Positions 25,395 to 41,033 of a DNA stretch of 64,000 nucleotides are shown one piece after another; position 1 is the first letter of the stretch; each line of letters starts with the position of its first letter. A program made the position numbers and the translations under genes. The notes below the pieces were generated by a model. The model saw nothing but the letters and a program-made list of their open reading frames with translations, was not told the origin of the DNA and did not search any database. Source of the stretch: the human T2T-CHM13v2.0 reference genome, Homo sapiens. The DNA lies in assembly GCF_009914755.1 (NCBI RefSeq), contig NC_060945.1; one strand, written 5' to 3'.

Positions 25395-27018
25395 ATCACC
25401 CTGACTGTGGGGTGCATCGGTCTCCGGAGAGCACAGCCTGCAGAACTCCTCAGAGAGAGGGGGGAGCAGCACCGAGCGGCCAGCCCAGTGGGCAGCAGCC
25501 CCAGGGGTGGAGGGCCCTCTGGCCAGTGCCTGGGCCAGGTCAAAGGGACATGTGCCCTGAGAGGCCACAGGTGCTCTTCAGGACTCCCTGGGGGCCACCA
25601 GGGTGACCTGAGCCCCTCCTGGTCCTCCCCTGGGGGCAGAAGGGTACAGCCTCACTCCTCTGTCTCCCCAACCTCAGCCTGAGTGGGGGTCTCCAACCTG
25701 CAGGCTGGTGGCTGGCTTGAGCCAGTATCCAGGAGACATTGATGGTGGACACGCAAGAGGGGAAAAGAAGGCAGCGCAGAGCTGCGCCCACCAGGGGCTA
25801 GGGCTGAGTCCTGCAGGCGGCTACGGGGTGGTGGACGCCCTGCTTGCAGGATGCCTGTTAACCTCAGCGTCGAAGCCTGCGCTCTGCATCATGAACGTGG
25901 GAGGTGCTTGCCCAAGAGGGCTGCTTCCTGCCCGCAGTGCCACCCTGGGGATGTGGTTTTGGGACACAGGAGGTGTCTCAAGGGAGACCCTGGCTTGGAG
26001 GGGCCTAAGGGCCACTTTGAGGGCCCCTGGGCAGTCTCCTGGTTGAGCTCAGGCCAGTGGGGTGGCCTAGGGACCTGGTGAAGGGGCTGGGGACCCTCTT
26101 GCCCTCGGGCACCTTGATATTCCCAAGAGCCCCTCACTGTGTTGGCCCTAGTGCCGGAGGCCTCCAGATTGCTTAACTCGAGCTGGGGTGGAGGGGCCCA
26201 CACCTAGTGGCCTTCTAGTTCATTCTGAGCTGGGCCATCCTGGGGCCAGGCCCAGGAGTGGACAGTTGTCCAAGGACAGTGCTCCGGGGTCTGCAGCTCT
26301 GTCTCAAAGGAAGAGAGAAACAGGTTCATAGGCCCAGGGAACCACACAGGCATGCTCTGGGGGCCTCCGTTGTGTCACACCGTCTGGGATCAGGACTCAG
26401 TTCTGAGTAGACCCCCTCGGCCTGCCCTGCCTGATGAGGTGTTAGAACCTGTTCAGCTGCCACTCAGCTGCTGCACCCAGGTGGTCGCCTGTGGCTGATG
26501 CCCGGGACAGTGGCTGCCTCCCTCCTGGGCGACGTGGTGTGGCGAGCGCCTGCGTCAGGCCCACTTCTGGCTGCGTGGAGTTGGCGTTTCTGGCATTTCG
26601 GGCAGAGTGACGCGACCTCCTGGGCCCTTGGTCCTCTCCTGTGAACTGGGTGAATGGGACAGAGTGTGATGCCAGTGCTGCTCGGCTTGAGAACCCATTT
26701 TTGGGGTGACTTGGGGAGGAGTGGAGTGGGACTGTGGGGTGCCCCGGGCTGGACGTGCTTCTGGCTGTCCTCCATGGCTGGGTGCATTGGGTGAGGAGGT
26801 GCCGGGAGGGGAACAGGCAGGAGGCGGCAATGGTGGGGACGGGGTAGGGGGAACCGTGGGGCTGAAGGCAGGCAGCTGCCCCCACAGGTCCCACCCAAGG
26901 TGTGCATGATGTGGGGCAGGAGGGCGCTGGTGTAAGCCCCGCATGTCCACGGCAGCCCATGTCGGGGGAAGTGGAAGGGACTCAATTTAAAACGACCTCA
27001 ACCATTCCAACAAAGCGC

Positions 27019-27024
27019 TTTACT
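27019..27024 (-). terminator. CFAP410: Probable distal CFAP410 poly(A) signal, variant AGTAAA
   Basis: tttact on + strand, followed on - strand by GU/U-rich sequence. Confidence 0.55.
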
Positions 27025-27963
27025 GAGGGCACCCACTCCACAGTCCCAAGGAGGCAGACACAGGCCTGAACTGTCCACCCTCTATGTCCCGAGTGGTGAC
27101 TCCACTCCCCACTGCTCAGAGATCACACCCCTTCTGGAGAGCTTGCATCCCTTCTGGAGAGCTTGCACGGATGAGTGACTGTCTTCACCCTGGGCTTCCC
27201 CAAGTCCGGCGACAGTGGCTGCCCCAGTGCTGCAGCTGGCTCTGGTGACGGTGGCACGGCATGGCCCCGAGCTTGGGAGAACAGCGGCCTGCACACACGG
27301 TCACGCATCACCGCTCGGCGGAGGATGGGAATATCTCATGGAGATCTGGATCTCAACCCCACATGGGACAAGGGCCCAGGGACCTGGCTTTCCTACACAC
27401 CAGCTGGAAGGCTGACTCCCCATCTCACGTGAATGCTTCCTTGGTTTTGGGGGGCACTAGGAAGGTCCCCAGGGCCACGGGTCACTGCCCAGATTGTGGC
27501 ATCCTCATAAGACTTGCGACTCTTCCCAGAGGAAAGAAAACCCCTCTCAGATGCTCCAAGGACTCCCCTAGTCTAGCTGCTTCCTGTGCCAGGCCCGGAC
27601 CCCAGGGCGAACAGGCCTGTTCATCCACAACCTCACAGCTGAGGGCCCTCCTGCAGTTCTTCACAGGAGAGAGAAAGGAAGGCGCACCTGCCCAGCCCGG
27701 CCAAGAAAACAAAACTCTCTCCCATGGGTGCGGGAGGCTGCTGCCTGCCTGCTGAGCAGCTCAGGGCAGATGTCGCTATGGGTGCCAGCATTCTCGAAGT
27801 CTCCCTTGCCCAACAGAAATCTATCCAAGGACCAAGGGCTGGAATCGGCAAAGCCATCCGTGAAGACCTCCTCATTCTGTGGAGAAACGGCCCTTGCTTT
27901 CAGGAAGACTGTCACAACCATGCCTTGGGAAACGTCACCTCCAGATCAACCTTGGGAAAATCT

Positions 27964-27969
27964 TTTATT
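27964..27969 (-). terminator. CFAP410: Candidate proximal CFAP410 poly(A) signal AATAAA
   Basis: tttatt on + strand ~290 nt after the stop. Confidence 0.5.
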
Positions 27970-28102
27970 AGGGAGGACAGCCTGCAAAATCCTCCCTTTA
28001 AGAGCCCAGGCCAGCCTAGAACCTCCAGACCACAGAAGGGGAGTCCTGGGGACAGGACTGGTGTAGACAGGCATCTCCACCGCCCCGGTTAGCCAGTACC
28101 TA

Positions 28103-29140
<1,038 letters not shown>

Positions 29141-29898
29141 CTACAGATGGCAGCTCCTGGAGAGCCCGGCACTTACTTCACCTGTGGGGCGCCCTCCCGG
29201 CACCCTGGGGCTCCCCAGCTGTAACACCTTCCACCCAGGGCTTCAGGGGCAGGGTGGGGGGCACCCGAACACACAAATGCCGGGGGAGAGCTCCTGACCA
29301 TGGGGTCAGGCCCTGTGCCGGATGGCAGATGCCTAACAGAGATCACATCCCGATGCCCCCACCACAGGCACCAGCAGCGGGTGTGATCTGCCAAGCAGGA
29401 GAGAAGTGCCCAGCTTCTGTCAAATGCGTTCGTGACCCGCTGCCAACTGCCCTGGGAGGCGCCGGCGTCTCACTGCAGAGTCAGCCCTGTGGCCCCTCCA
29501 CGGCCCCCAGGCCCAAGGCCATACGGGCACTGATGGCCGTGCCCACAAACCATTCCAGTCACTGTGGCCCTAGGCCACCCCCCCCACCAGGGGCTCCCTG
29601 CACCTCACGAGCTCTGGTGCTGTGAGCCTTCTCTGTGCCAGGGCACGGGGCCTGGCTCACCCCCTCTCCTGCTCCCTGGCACATCCGCTGTTGGGCAAAA
29701 CATGGACCTGCCACTGAAATCACTACCTGGGCACTGAGTCACTCCCAGAGAATATGGATGAGAACAGACACTCCCCCCGGATAATCCCTGTCCCTCACTT
29801 CCCAGAGACGCAGCTCACGGGAAGCCCCATTCACTCCCCGTGGGAGGACCCTGGGGGACAGGGATGGGCTGCGGAGTCCCCGCTGCCCTCCAGCCTCA

Positions 29899-30234
<336 letters not shown>

Positions 30235-30919
30235 TCACTGTCCCATCCCCAGCCTGGCACAGGCTGACACACAACAGATGGTGGAGGGCTGCTCAGGAAT
30301 CTCAACACCAGCCTTGGCCAGAAGCAAATACTCCTCAAAACCTCAACTACGACACAATAGAAAAAGGAACAGACCATATTGAATTTATTCCATTTCTCTC
30401 ATATATCAATTTCCCTGAAGTTTATATTATTAATATCAATAAAATTGTCTGGGAGAAAATAGTGGTGTCCGTATACCTGACAAGGATGAGACACTAGTGT
30501 GCTGAGAATGCCAAGGATGAACAAACAGCATGAAACCACAGCCTGGAAAACTGTGTCGGTGCTGGCGCTGGCTAGAGGAGGCACGAGCGCCTCCAATAGG
30601 TGGAGCGCAGCAGCAGGCACTGCGGTGCTGGGACGGCCCCTCCCCACGGCAGGGGCGCGATGGCACCGCCACCCTAGGTTCACAGTGGCCCGTGGAGCCT
30701 GCCCAGTCCCTGTGGACCAGTGCGATGCTGCTTGCCAGATACTGACGCCCCCGCTCGCCATGGCGCATGGCGATGGTCAGAGCAGGGCTGCTACTCACAG
30801 AAGCAAAAGAAGGAACCCTTTTGCTTTGCTACCAGGTCCTGCGGTCGTTGGGGGATACCCAAACTGTCAGTCCCAGGAGGGACCCTACGCTGCGCTGCTG
30901 CATTCGGGTGGCGGGATCA

Positions 30920-31339
<420 letters not shown>

Positions 31340-32529
31340 TCAGCGAGGGACGTGGCCAGGGCCCCCAGGGCCACCTCTCAATCCCCACCCCCAGTAAAAG
31401 GCACTCATGGGACCTGTGTCCCTGCCCTCTCCTGAGAAGCCTAAATCGGATGTCACAAGTCACGTGCAGCAGGACCTGGGCCGAGGAGAGAGCTGTAGGA
31501 AGGCCAGGCCCTGAACTCAAAGGCGGACTGGGGTGGACCCCACCAGCAACAGCCCCTTGGCCCGACGCTCCACATCAGCTCCTCAGGGCGCTAGAGTGCG
31601 GGAGGTGGGGGATGTGGCCCTCCTTCACAGGTGAGGAAAATTAAGGCCTCTCAGGGGACATATCATGTTGCCCCAAAGCAGGGAGCGGCCAGAAAAACTC
31701 ATGGCAAAAACTAGGAGCCAGCTCCACGTGACATGGGAGTGAGCACGGACCTTCCAAACCCCCACTTGAGGGCGGCAACACTGGGGATGGGCCTCATTTC
31801 CATTCTACAGAACGTGGACGCGTCAGAGAAGAGAAACAGCAGGCCTGGAGCGGGGACCTGCAGGCTTTACCCTGCAGCGTGGGGTCCGTCCCCTCCACAA
31901 GCGAACACGCGGAGCCGCTCCCGCAGGCCCTCAAAGGCGCGGAGCCAGGGCCCCCTGCCTGGAGGGCTGCACTCGCGTCCGGCAGGCGCCTCAGAAGGGC
32001 GGTCACCAGGCCCCCATGGGCAGCCTGCCGTCCTGAGCCCCCCTCCCCATGCCATCCCTTCACTCGGGGTTTCCCAGGTCTCATGCAGCTCCTAGCTATG
32101 AGGCCGCCCCATTTTACCAAGAGCAAAACTCCGGCTGTGGGACTCTTTCCAGGATGGGGTCTGCCTCAGGCACAGGCAGCAGCGTGATGTACCGACCGCG
32201 TCCGCGGCCTCGAGGCTTCCTGCTCCGCTCCAGTGCAGTCAGGCGTGCAGGCACCACGCACCTGAGCTCGGTCAACACCCCTGGGGTCCTGTCCCTCCCG
32301 AGATGTGACAGAAATGGCCCCACACACGAGCGGCCTGATGCTCGGAGGCCCTGTGGCCCCTGGGTGACTCAGTGAGCGGCAGGGATAGGGCTGGATCCAC
32401 AGCCCCGCCCCAAGCTTCCTGCCACCGTGGGAACCACAAGCTCCACGTTTCCCTGTCAGGTAAGCCTTTCGGAGGCAGGCCTGAAATCCCAGCCTCACTG
32501 TGTCGCCTGACTAGTGAAACGAGCCCCGC

Positions 32530-32670
32530 GGCAGGCACGCGCACCCCCCCTCAACCTCTGGGCGGGCACGCGCACCCCCCCTCAACCTCTGGGCGGGCAC
32601 GCGCACCCCCCCCCCCCCCCCCCCCCCGCTCAACCTCTGGGCGGGCACGCGCACCCCTGCTCAACCTCTG
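32530..32670. repeat. ~30-bp minisatellite x4 with C22 run
   Basis: GGCGGGCACGCGCACCCCCCTCAACCTCTG units; C run 32606-32627. Confidence 0.88.
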
Positions 32671-33851
32671 GACTCGGGCTCCATCTCCTCCTCATCTCCC
32701 TGTGGGGTGGGCACTTGTAATACCTCCATGTTACAGAAAGGAAACTGAGGCACAGAGAGGGCCATGCCTCGCCCAAGGTTAGCCAGCCAATAGATGGGAG
32801 GGCTGAGATTTGACCCATGAGCATGCCTCCAAGCCCATTTCATTCATTCAGCAAGGCTCGGGCAGGACAGGCTGGTGCCCGCGCTGGGGATGCCTGAACA
32901 CCAGATGGACTGGCCTCAGCCCATGGCGGGCAGCAGGCTGGGCACGGGCATCAACATGGCAATGCCAACCTCAGAGGGCATTACGGAGGATGGGCAGGGG
33001 CTGGCCTACCCCGTGGCTGCCTGTGAGATCAAGAAGGTAGGTCACAGTCAGGGACCAGGGGCCTGCAATACCCACTCTCAGAGGGCAAGCCCTAGAGACT
33101 TCTGAGCTGCCAGAGGGGTGGGCCTTCCCCACAGGGTTTAAACCCTTGTGAGCTTTTAAATGCGGAAACCCACAGAAGGCGCCCATCCAGCGTCTGGTGG
33201 GCAGTGGTGAGCCATGAGCGTCTGCTCCCTCCGTGGGTCCCACAGTAGGCAGGAGGGAATTCAGGGATAAAGGGAGCTCTTCTCTTCCCCAGAGCCCCCA
33301 AATACACCCCAACTGCCTGAAAGTCCAGTAACATTTGTTCATTCAAGCTTCCCTTAGTCTGCTGGGAGGGCAGTGACCCCAGAAGACGGGCACAGGTCAT
33401 GGGGTGCAGAGAAACTGGTAGGCAGTGGTGGCACTGGGGGGCAGAAGAGGCCAGGACTCTGGGGGTCCCAGGGCAGATGTGGCCACCGTGGGGGCGGCCA
33501 GGGCGGGCCACCGTGAATCCTTAGGAGGGCTCCACCACCGACTGGCCCAGTGAACACAGCAATGGCTTATCGGAGCACACAGGCCAAGGGTGGGCAGGCG
33601 TACAGCAGGGCAGGCAGGGGACAGGAGCCATCAGGAGGCCCAGGTGAGGCTCTGAGGAAGGAGGGCTGAACATGGGGGCCACAGGGTAGGCCCAGCTCTC
33701 GCTGTCCCGGCCCCTCCCCTTCTGGAAGCCGCCCTCAGTCTGTGTTGGAGGTTTCCAGGTTATGTCACAGTGCTGGGTCCCACTGGAGGGACGTGAGGCT
33801 CTGCCCCGGCTTCCAGGCCCCAGGCTGAGCATGACAGCAGGAGCGAGGTAC

Positions 33852-33898
33852 CTGAGCGTGATCACCTCCAGGCTGGGCATCTCCTGGCAAATGGAGAT
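33852..33898 (-). CDS. CFAP410: CFAP410 exon 3 (ISICQEMPSLEVITL)
   Basis: ttttcctcctAG / GTACCT, 47 nt. Confidence 0.94.
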
Positions 33899-34003
33899 CT
33901 AGGAGGAAAAGAACATGACTAGCAAGCATGGCACAGCAGGGCATCGCGGCCGCACTGCCATCAGCCACAGAGAACTGTCGAAGCCACGGCCAACCCACTT
34001 CCG

Positions 34004-34263
34004 GGGCCTGAGGGGCACGGCCTTACTCAGCCAGTGTGCCCAGGGTGAATGCCCAGGGCCTGAGGGGAGCGGCCCTGCTCAGCCAGTGTGCCCAGGGTGA
34101 ATGCCCAGGGCCTGAGGGGAGCGGCCCTGCTCAGCCAGTGTGCCCAGGGTGAATGCCCAGGGCCTGAGGGGAGCGGCCCTGCTCAGCCAGTGTGCCCAGG
34201 GTGAATGCCCAGGGCCTGAGGGGAGCGGCCCTGCTCAGCCAGTGTGCCCAGGATGAATGCCCA
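34004..34263. repeat. 52-bp VNTR x5, CFAP410 intron 2
   Basis: Near-identical units at 34004, 34056, 34108, 34160, 34212. Confidence 0.92.
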
Positions 34264-34894
34264 CGAGTATGCCAGGTTCTCCTCTGACACCACCTTGCAG
34301 CCCAGACGCCCCGCAGACTGAAGGAGAAATGTGAGGCTCCTCCTTGCACGCACTCTGTCTTTATTAAATTTTACGACAGCATCGTTGCTGTCAGATGCTG
34401 CCAGCAGTGGAGACAGAGCATTCATTACTTTAGATGCCCTCAAAGGACATCAGGTAAGGGGACCCCAATGTCCCCTACGCAGGGATAGAAAGCAAGGAAA
34501 GGATGGAAATCCCTTCTTGATAACAGGTCTAGGCCAAAAGGAAGACAGGCTTGAGACTGGATCTCAGATCACATTGGTACTGTCAATTCAGGGGTGAGGT
34601 GCCCGGGGTGGTCCACAAAGCCTCACAACCTGCAAAGCTCCCACATATGTGAGAGCCCACCATACGCCAGGCATGGCACCAGCAGCTCACAGCCTGGTCA
34701 GATGCGTCCCATGTATAAGTGACTCGTGTCTATGGACATGGTACGTTTGTATATTCACTGCTAAACATGCAGTATTTCAGTTACAGCACAAAACAGATTA
34801 CACCCAGATGCCACGTATCCAGGCTTTTTTTTGTCTTTAAGAAAAGGTACAGTTCAAATTAAAAAAACAAAGGAAAATAAAGAGATAAATAATT

Positions 34895-35200
34895 GCGCTG
34901 GACATGGTGGCTCATACCTGTAATTCCAATACTTTGCGAGGCTGAGGCAGGTGGATCACCTGAACTCAGGGGGTTTGAGACCAGCCTGGCCGACACAGTG
35001 AAACTCCATCTCTACTAAAAAGTACAAAAATTAGCCAGGCATGGTGGTGGGTGCCTGTAGTCCCAGCTACTCAAAGGCTGAGGCAGGAAAATTGCTTGAA
35101 CCCGGGAGGCGGAGGTTGCAGTGAGCCAAGATCGTGCCACTGTACTCCAGCCTGGGCAACAGAGAGAGACTCCGTGTAAAAAAAAAAAAAAAAGAAAGAA
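34895..35200 (+). mobile_element. Alu, CFAP410 intron 2
   Basis: Alu consensus and A tail. Confidence 0.9.
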
Positions 35201-35711
35201 ACAATTGGTATGCGATCCCTGTGTAAGTTGGGGACATTTTGGACTGAGAAAGACAATGAGGGAGAGAAGAAAAAAATCTTTCACAGACGCACACACTCAA
35301 GTTCTCCCAGCAGGGCTTATTCTCTGCCTGCCTTTGGGGCAGCGGCAAGGGGGTACAAGGCTAGATGTGACCAAGAAGAGGGGGTGTAGACCTTCAACTT
35401 CCCCGTAACAAAGTAAAACAAGCCCTCCTGGGATTCCTTTCCAGGTGAGAGCAAGTTCCAAACTATTGCTCCCCTCCTCTGCGACCAAGTGACAAAGGGT
35501 GTTTCATTTATAGGGATGTTGACGGGAACTGCAAAATAAGCCTGGCACTAGAGAATTGTTTTTCCATTAGTGGTTCTGCAGAATGAAAACCGCTAAGTGA
35601 ACAAAGTACCAAGTGTGGGACTGAATTGATAGGTGCAGTTTTGTCAACTTAAAAATTCTCTTGGGAAAGAAGCTACAACATTTGGGTTGAGGCTATTTGG
35701 AGATGATCAGT

Positions 35712-35753
35712 GCAATACTTACATCTGTGAGGCAATACTTACATCTGTGAGGC
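35712..35753. repeat. Perfect 20-bp tandem duplication spanning the CFAP410 exon 2 donor
   Basis: GCAATACTTACATCTGTGAG x2. Confidence 0.95.
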
Positions 35754-35761
35754 GGCTGCCC
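35743..35761 (-). CDS. CFAP410: CFAP410 exon 2, 19-nt microexon (W-GSRLTD)
   Basis: Polypyrimidine cttttctctccccAG; donor GAT|GTAAGT; restores frame between exons 1 and 3. Confidence 0.92.
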
Positions 35762-36850
35762 CTGGGGAGAGAAAAGATACATACTTTAATTTTGTTAAAG
35801 TTGAATAAAAAACACTGAAGACAAAAATTCCAAAAATCACCGATGACTCCCTACAAACCTTAAGATTCTAGGATTTTAATGGCATGGCAAAAAAGGAAGG
35901 TTGCCCAGATAACTGGCAAAGGTGTAAACAATTGTTTTAGCTGATTTTCAACTAAACTGTATGTTTGACGTTGGGGTGGTACTTTTTAGATAAGGAGCAG
36001 CAGGGTTGCTCCATTTGTAAGACACAAAAAGATGAACTCTTCCTCATGGTCCCTGAGTAGCAGAAGGTTCATTTCTCTCACTGACAGACATAAACAAGGG
36101 CGTCTTTATAAGAGGCCAAGTTCAAAGGGTGAACAGGCAACTTATGAAGCAAACTTTAAAAGCCTGAAACAGGGTTGTTGTTTCTCCCAGCTTAGTGGGA
36201 GTACTGACCACCCCATGCAAAACAAAGAAATGCATTATTGAAAGCAAATGACACGGGAATTGTAGCCAAAACACCAGATATGCCAGGGCAGAGAGAAAAG
36301 CTTTTTAATTAACAGGGAAGAGCTCACTCTGGGCAGTCTGCGGACACCCCTGGGAGGAAGCGTCTGCTCTCGCTGACCCCCACACCCGCCTGCACGGTGA
36401 GGCCAGTTGACACGGCGCGGTCACTCTGCTGAGTCCCCAGGGAACCCTGGAGATCTTGCAGGCCTCAACTCCAGGCTCCCTCTTCTGGAAGCTCCTGGTC
36501 TTCCTTGGCTCAGTGAGACTCAGCATTACCTGCCTTTCAGCCTGCCTGGGTCCCACCGCACCCACGTCCCTTCCTGTCACCTGCTAGGAGTACCCTGGGA
36601 ACGGCCGCCCCCAGTACTGATTACCAACGTGTTTCCTGACTCAGTCCTGGAAAGCTCAGTTCTCTCTCCTATTCGACTTGGTCCCAGTGACTGCTGGCAA
36701 CCCCAGACAACAGACCCAGCCCACAGGGCACCCGGGGCAAAGGCGGGCCGGGAAATGGGGGGGGGCCCAGGCGACCCCGACCCCCGGCCTCCTCCCCTCC
36801 CTCACCCGCGGCTCCTTCGCCGCCCTCGCCCCTGCCCCTCCCCCCTTCCA

Positions 36851-37177
36851 CTCCGCCCCCGCCCCGCCCCGCCCCGGCTCCTCCCTCCGGCTCCGCCCTC
36901 GTCCCGCCCCGGCTCCTCCCTCCGGCTCCGCCCTCGTCCCGCCCCGGCTCCTCCCTCCGGCTCCGCCCTCGTCCCGCCCCGGCTCCTCCCTCCGGCTCCG
37001 CCCTCTCCCCGCCCCGGCTCCGCCCTCTCCCCGCCCCGGCTCCGCCCTCTCCCCGCCCCGGCTCCTCCCTCCGGCTCCGCCCTCGTCCCGCCCCGGCTCC
37101 TCCCTCCGGCTCCGCCCTCTCCCCGCCCCGGCTCCTCCCTCCGGCTCCGCCCTCGCCCCGCCCCGGCTCCTCCCCCC
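36851..37177. repeat. 35/22-bp C-rich VNTR, CFAP410 intron 1
   Basis: ~7 long and 2 short units; no A on + strand. Confidence 0.92.
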
Positions 37178-37210
37178 ACCCCGGGGCGGCCGCGGCCAGG
37201 CCCCGCCTCA

Positions 37211-37387
<177 letters not shown>

Positions 37388-37956
37388 TCAGGGGCGGATC
37401 CTGAGCCGATTGGCGGCTCGGTGAGGAGAGCGGGGCGACGCGAGCCCGCTGGGGCCGCTTGGGCGCCGCTGACACGTTGGCTCTGCTCCTGCTCATGCGC
37501 GGCCTGGGGCGCCCTTCTCTGACGCGATTCTAACGCGACCCCGGAAGCGCGCAGCGAGCAGAGGGTGGGTGCAGGTGGCGGTCCCCGAGTCGGCCCAGTG
37601 AGGGCTGAACTGCTGCTCCCAGGAACCGAGCGGGGTGGGCTCGGTCCGACGCGCATCATGGCCGAGTGCCTAGGCCTGACTCTGAGCGCAGGCCTAACGT
37701 GGATGGCATGGGCGCTACACGGCTCCAAGTTACGCGATTCAAACTCTTGGAATAAACCCAGGGCAGCCCTGGGGCTGTGTTGATTCCTTGTCTCCCTCCC
37801 TCCCAGCATTTACAGAAAAGACGCATTTATAGGAAAGACGCACGGGCAGGTCCAGCAGAGCCCTTACAAGCATTTCAACCTTTTAGAAATCAGATAAGAC
37901 CCTCTAAACATCGTTACATGGGCCACAGTTACATTAAGACAGGCGTTCTGACGTTC

Positions 37957-39225
37957 TGAAACCGCCTTTGCAAAAAATTGTATCGGTGAGAGAAGGTTGG
38001 CCTTGAAGGAGATCTGGCCAACCCCCATCTTGCCTTTGGCCTTAAAACTGCCCTTAATTATTCCTGGATAAGCAAAGGTAACTTTGGGAGACATTTATAG
38101 TTTAAGTGATAGCAGCCCTTCCTCAAAACTAAACAGCCTTTGTAAAGCTAATGAGACCACTGAAACCGCCTTTGCAAAAATCATAACTGAAGAAATTATG
38201 ACAGGGGAAGATCTCCTCACCCACCCCATCTTCCTGCTATCCTCTAAGCTGCTTTTGTTCATTCCTGGGTGTAGACCAGACTAGCCTTGGGAAGGAATTT
38301 AGTTTATAGATTAAACTGAAACAAAATTGATAATAGCCCTTTCCCAAAAAAACCCTTCTTGCCTGGGGACCAGTCTGCCTTTGTAGGACTAACAAATTAA
38401 GCTACGAGATTAAAAATTACAGTTTAGGGGCCATGCAACCTCTGGCGGCAAGAGTCTGAACCTCCCCAAATTGCTTCTGGGAATAACATCACTGTTGCAA
38501 AACTTAAGGTCAGTGCTTGAAATATTTTGTAGACCCTGCATTCAGATGCAGCAGATGACACCACCCAAACGGATAATCTGGCTCAACCATGTGTGTGATC
38601 CCACCCAGGGACAGAAGTCAGCCAGAACTCATTTTGACCCCCTATGATTTAATCTTCGACCTGACCAATCAGCACTCACCACTTTCTGAGCCCATACCCG
38701 CCAAATTATCCTTAAAAACACGGATCCCCGAATGCTTGGGGAGACTGATTTGAGTGATAATAAAACTCTGCTCTCCTGCACAGCCAGCTCTGTGTGTATT
38801 ACTCTTTCTCCATTGCAATTCCGTTGCCTTGATAAATCGGTTCTGTCTAGGCAGTGGGCAAGGCGAACCCATTGGGCGGTTACACTACCAGCCTAGAAGG
38901 ATAGAGGAGCATGAATTCCACTAAGATGCAGATGTAAACATTCGTCAGCCATTATTCTGGAGGTCACAAGATAAGCTACTTCCCCAATTACTCCTGCAGG
39001 TAACATCACTATTGTACCTTTGCAGGTTTCTTGCATGTCTCACACGGATGGATCCAGCTAAATGTCTTGCCAACAGCTCCTGTGGCCCCACCCAGAAGCC
39101 ATGCAGCACAAAAGGACCAAAAGGACAGCTAGATTTCATCTCGCACCTAACCAATCAGCACTCCCCATGCCCTAGCCCCCTGTTCACCAAACTACCTTTG
39201 AACAACCCCTAACCCATGAGCCTTC
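37957..39225 (+). mobile_element. ERV1 LTR26-like LTR interrupted by LTR8
   Basis: TGAAACCGCCTTTGCAAAA start; resumes after 38888; family from recalled consensus. Confidence 0.65.
38161..38884 (+). mobile_element. LTR8-family solo LTR
   Basis: TGAAACCGCC...GGGCGGTTACA termini; ccac/ctac near-TSD. Confidence 0.8.
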
Positions 39226-39421
39226 AATTGTAACCGAGCAGCTTAGCAGCTGTGAATCCAAAATATCTGAGACAGGACTCAATCTGTTTAGAAAGTTTAT
39301 TTTGTCAAGGTTAAGGACAAGCCCATGACACAGCCTCAGGAGGTCCTGATGACATGTGCCCTGGGTGGCTGGGGCACAGCTTGCTTTCATACATTTTTAG
39401 GGAGACATGAGACATCAATCA

Positions 39422-40276
<855 letters not shown>

Positions 40277-41033
40277 TCATCGGTGGATAAGAGACAAAAG
40301 ATTGCATTCTTTTGAGTCCTTTCACTGAATACACAATTTGGTCTAGCTTAGTAAATCTGCATTTTTACATAAACAATAAGGCAGAGAAAGCAAACAGATA
40401 GGCATGTGTCTCCGGTGAGCAGGGGGATGACCTCCTGTCCCACACCTGTGAAGATCAGCTATCAGTTTACATTCCAGGGTGAAATTCAACAGAACTGTTT
40501 GAGGGTAAAGATCTTGAGGCCCACAAGGAATTTCCTTGTGGGCAAATTGTGAGGGAGCTTCATAGCTTTTTATCTTTGTAGCGATCTTATTTAGGAATAA
40601 AATTGGAGGCAGGTTTGCCTGATGCATTTTCCAGCTGACTTTTCCCTTGACTTAGTGATTTTAAGGTCTTGAGCTTTATATTCCTTTCACACAGCTAAGC
40701 CTCAAACCATGTTTTAAAACTTTTTCCCCTTTCCCCTTTCCTCCTCCTCCACCCTAGTCTGAAGATGTAACTGAGACAAGCTGCTTGTGTTACCTTCCAT
40801 CTTGAAATACAGCCTGGGAATGTGAACCTCCACTCCGTTCCCATCCTGTGCTCTCAGGCCTTATGCACATTTAGTTTACCTGGATGCCTGTTAAGCACAC
40901 ACCATGCTCACTTATCTGGTCATCTCTTTGCTTGGAAGCTTCAGGGGTCAGCTCCTGAAAGGGACCGGACACCTCATTCTGTCTCCAACAAGATTACTTC
41001 AAGGCCAGAACTCACTCTCGGCCTTGAAGTAAT

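Noticed and set aside
34360-34365. Intronic AATAAA in CFAP410 intron 2
   Set aside because: Hexamer alone, with no supporting terminal exon identified.
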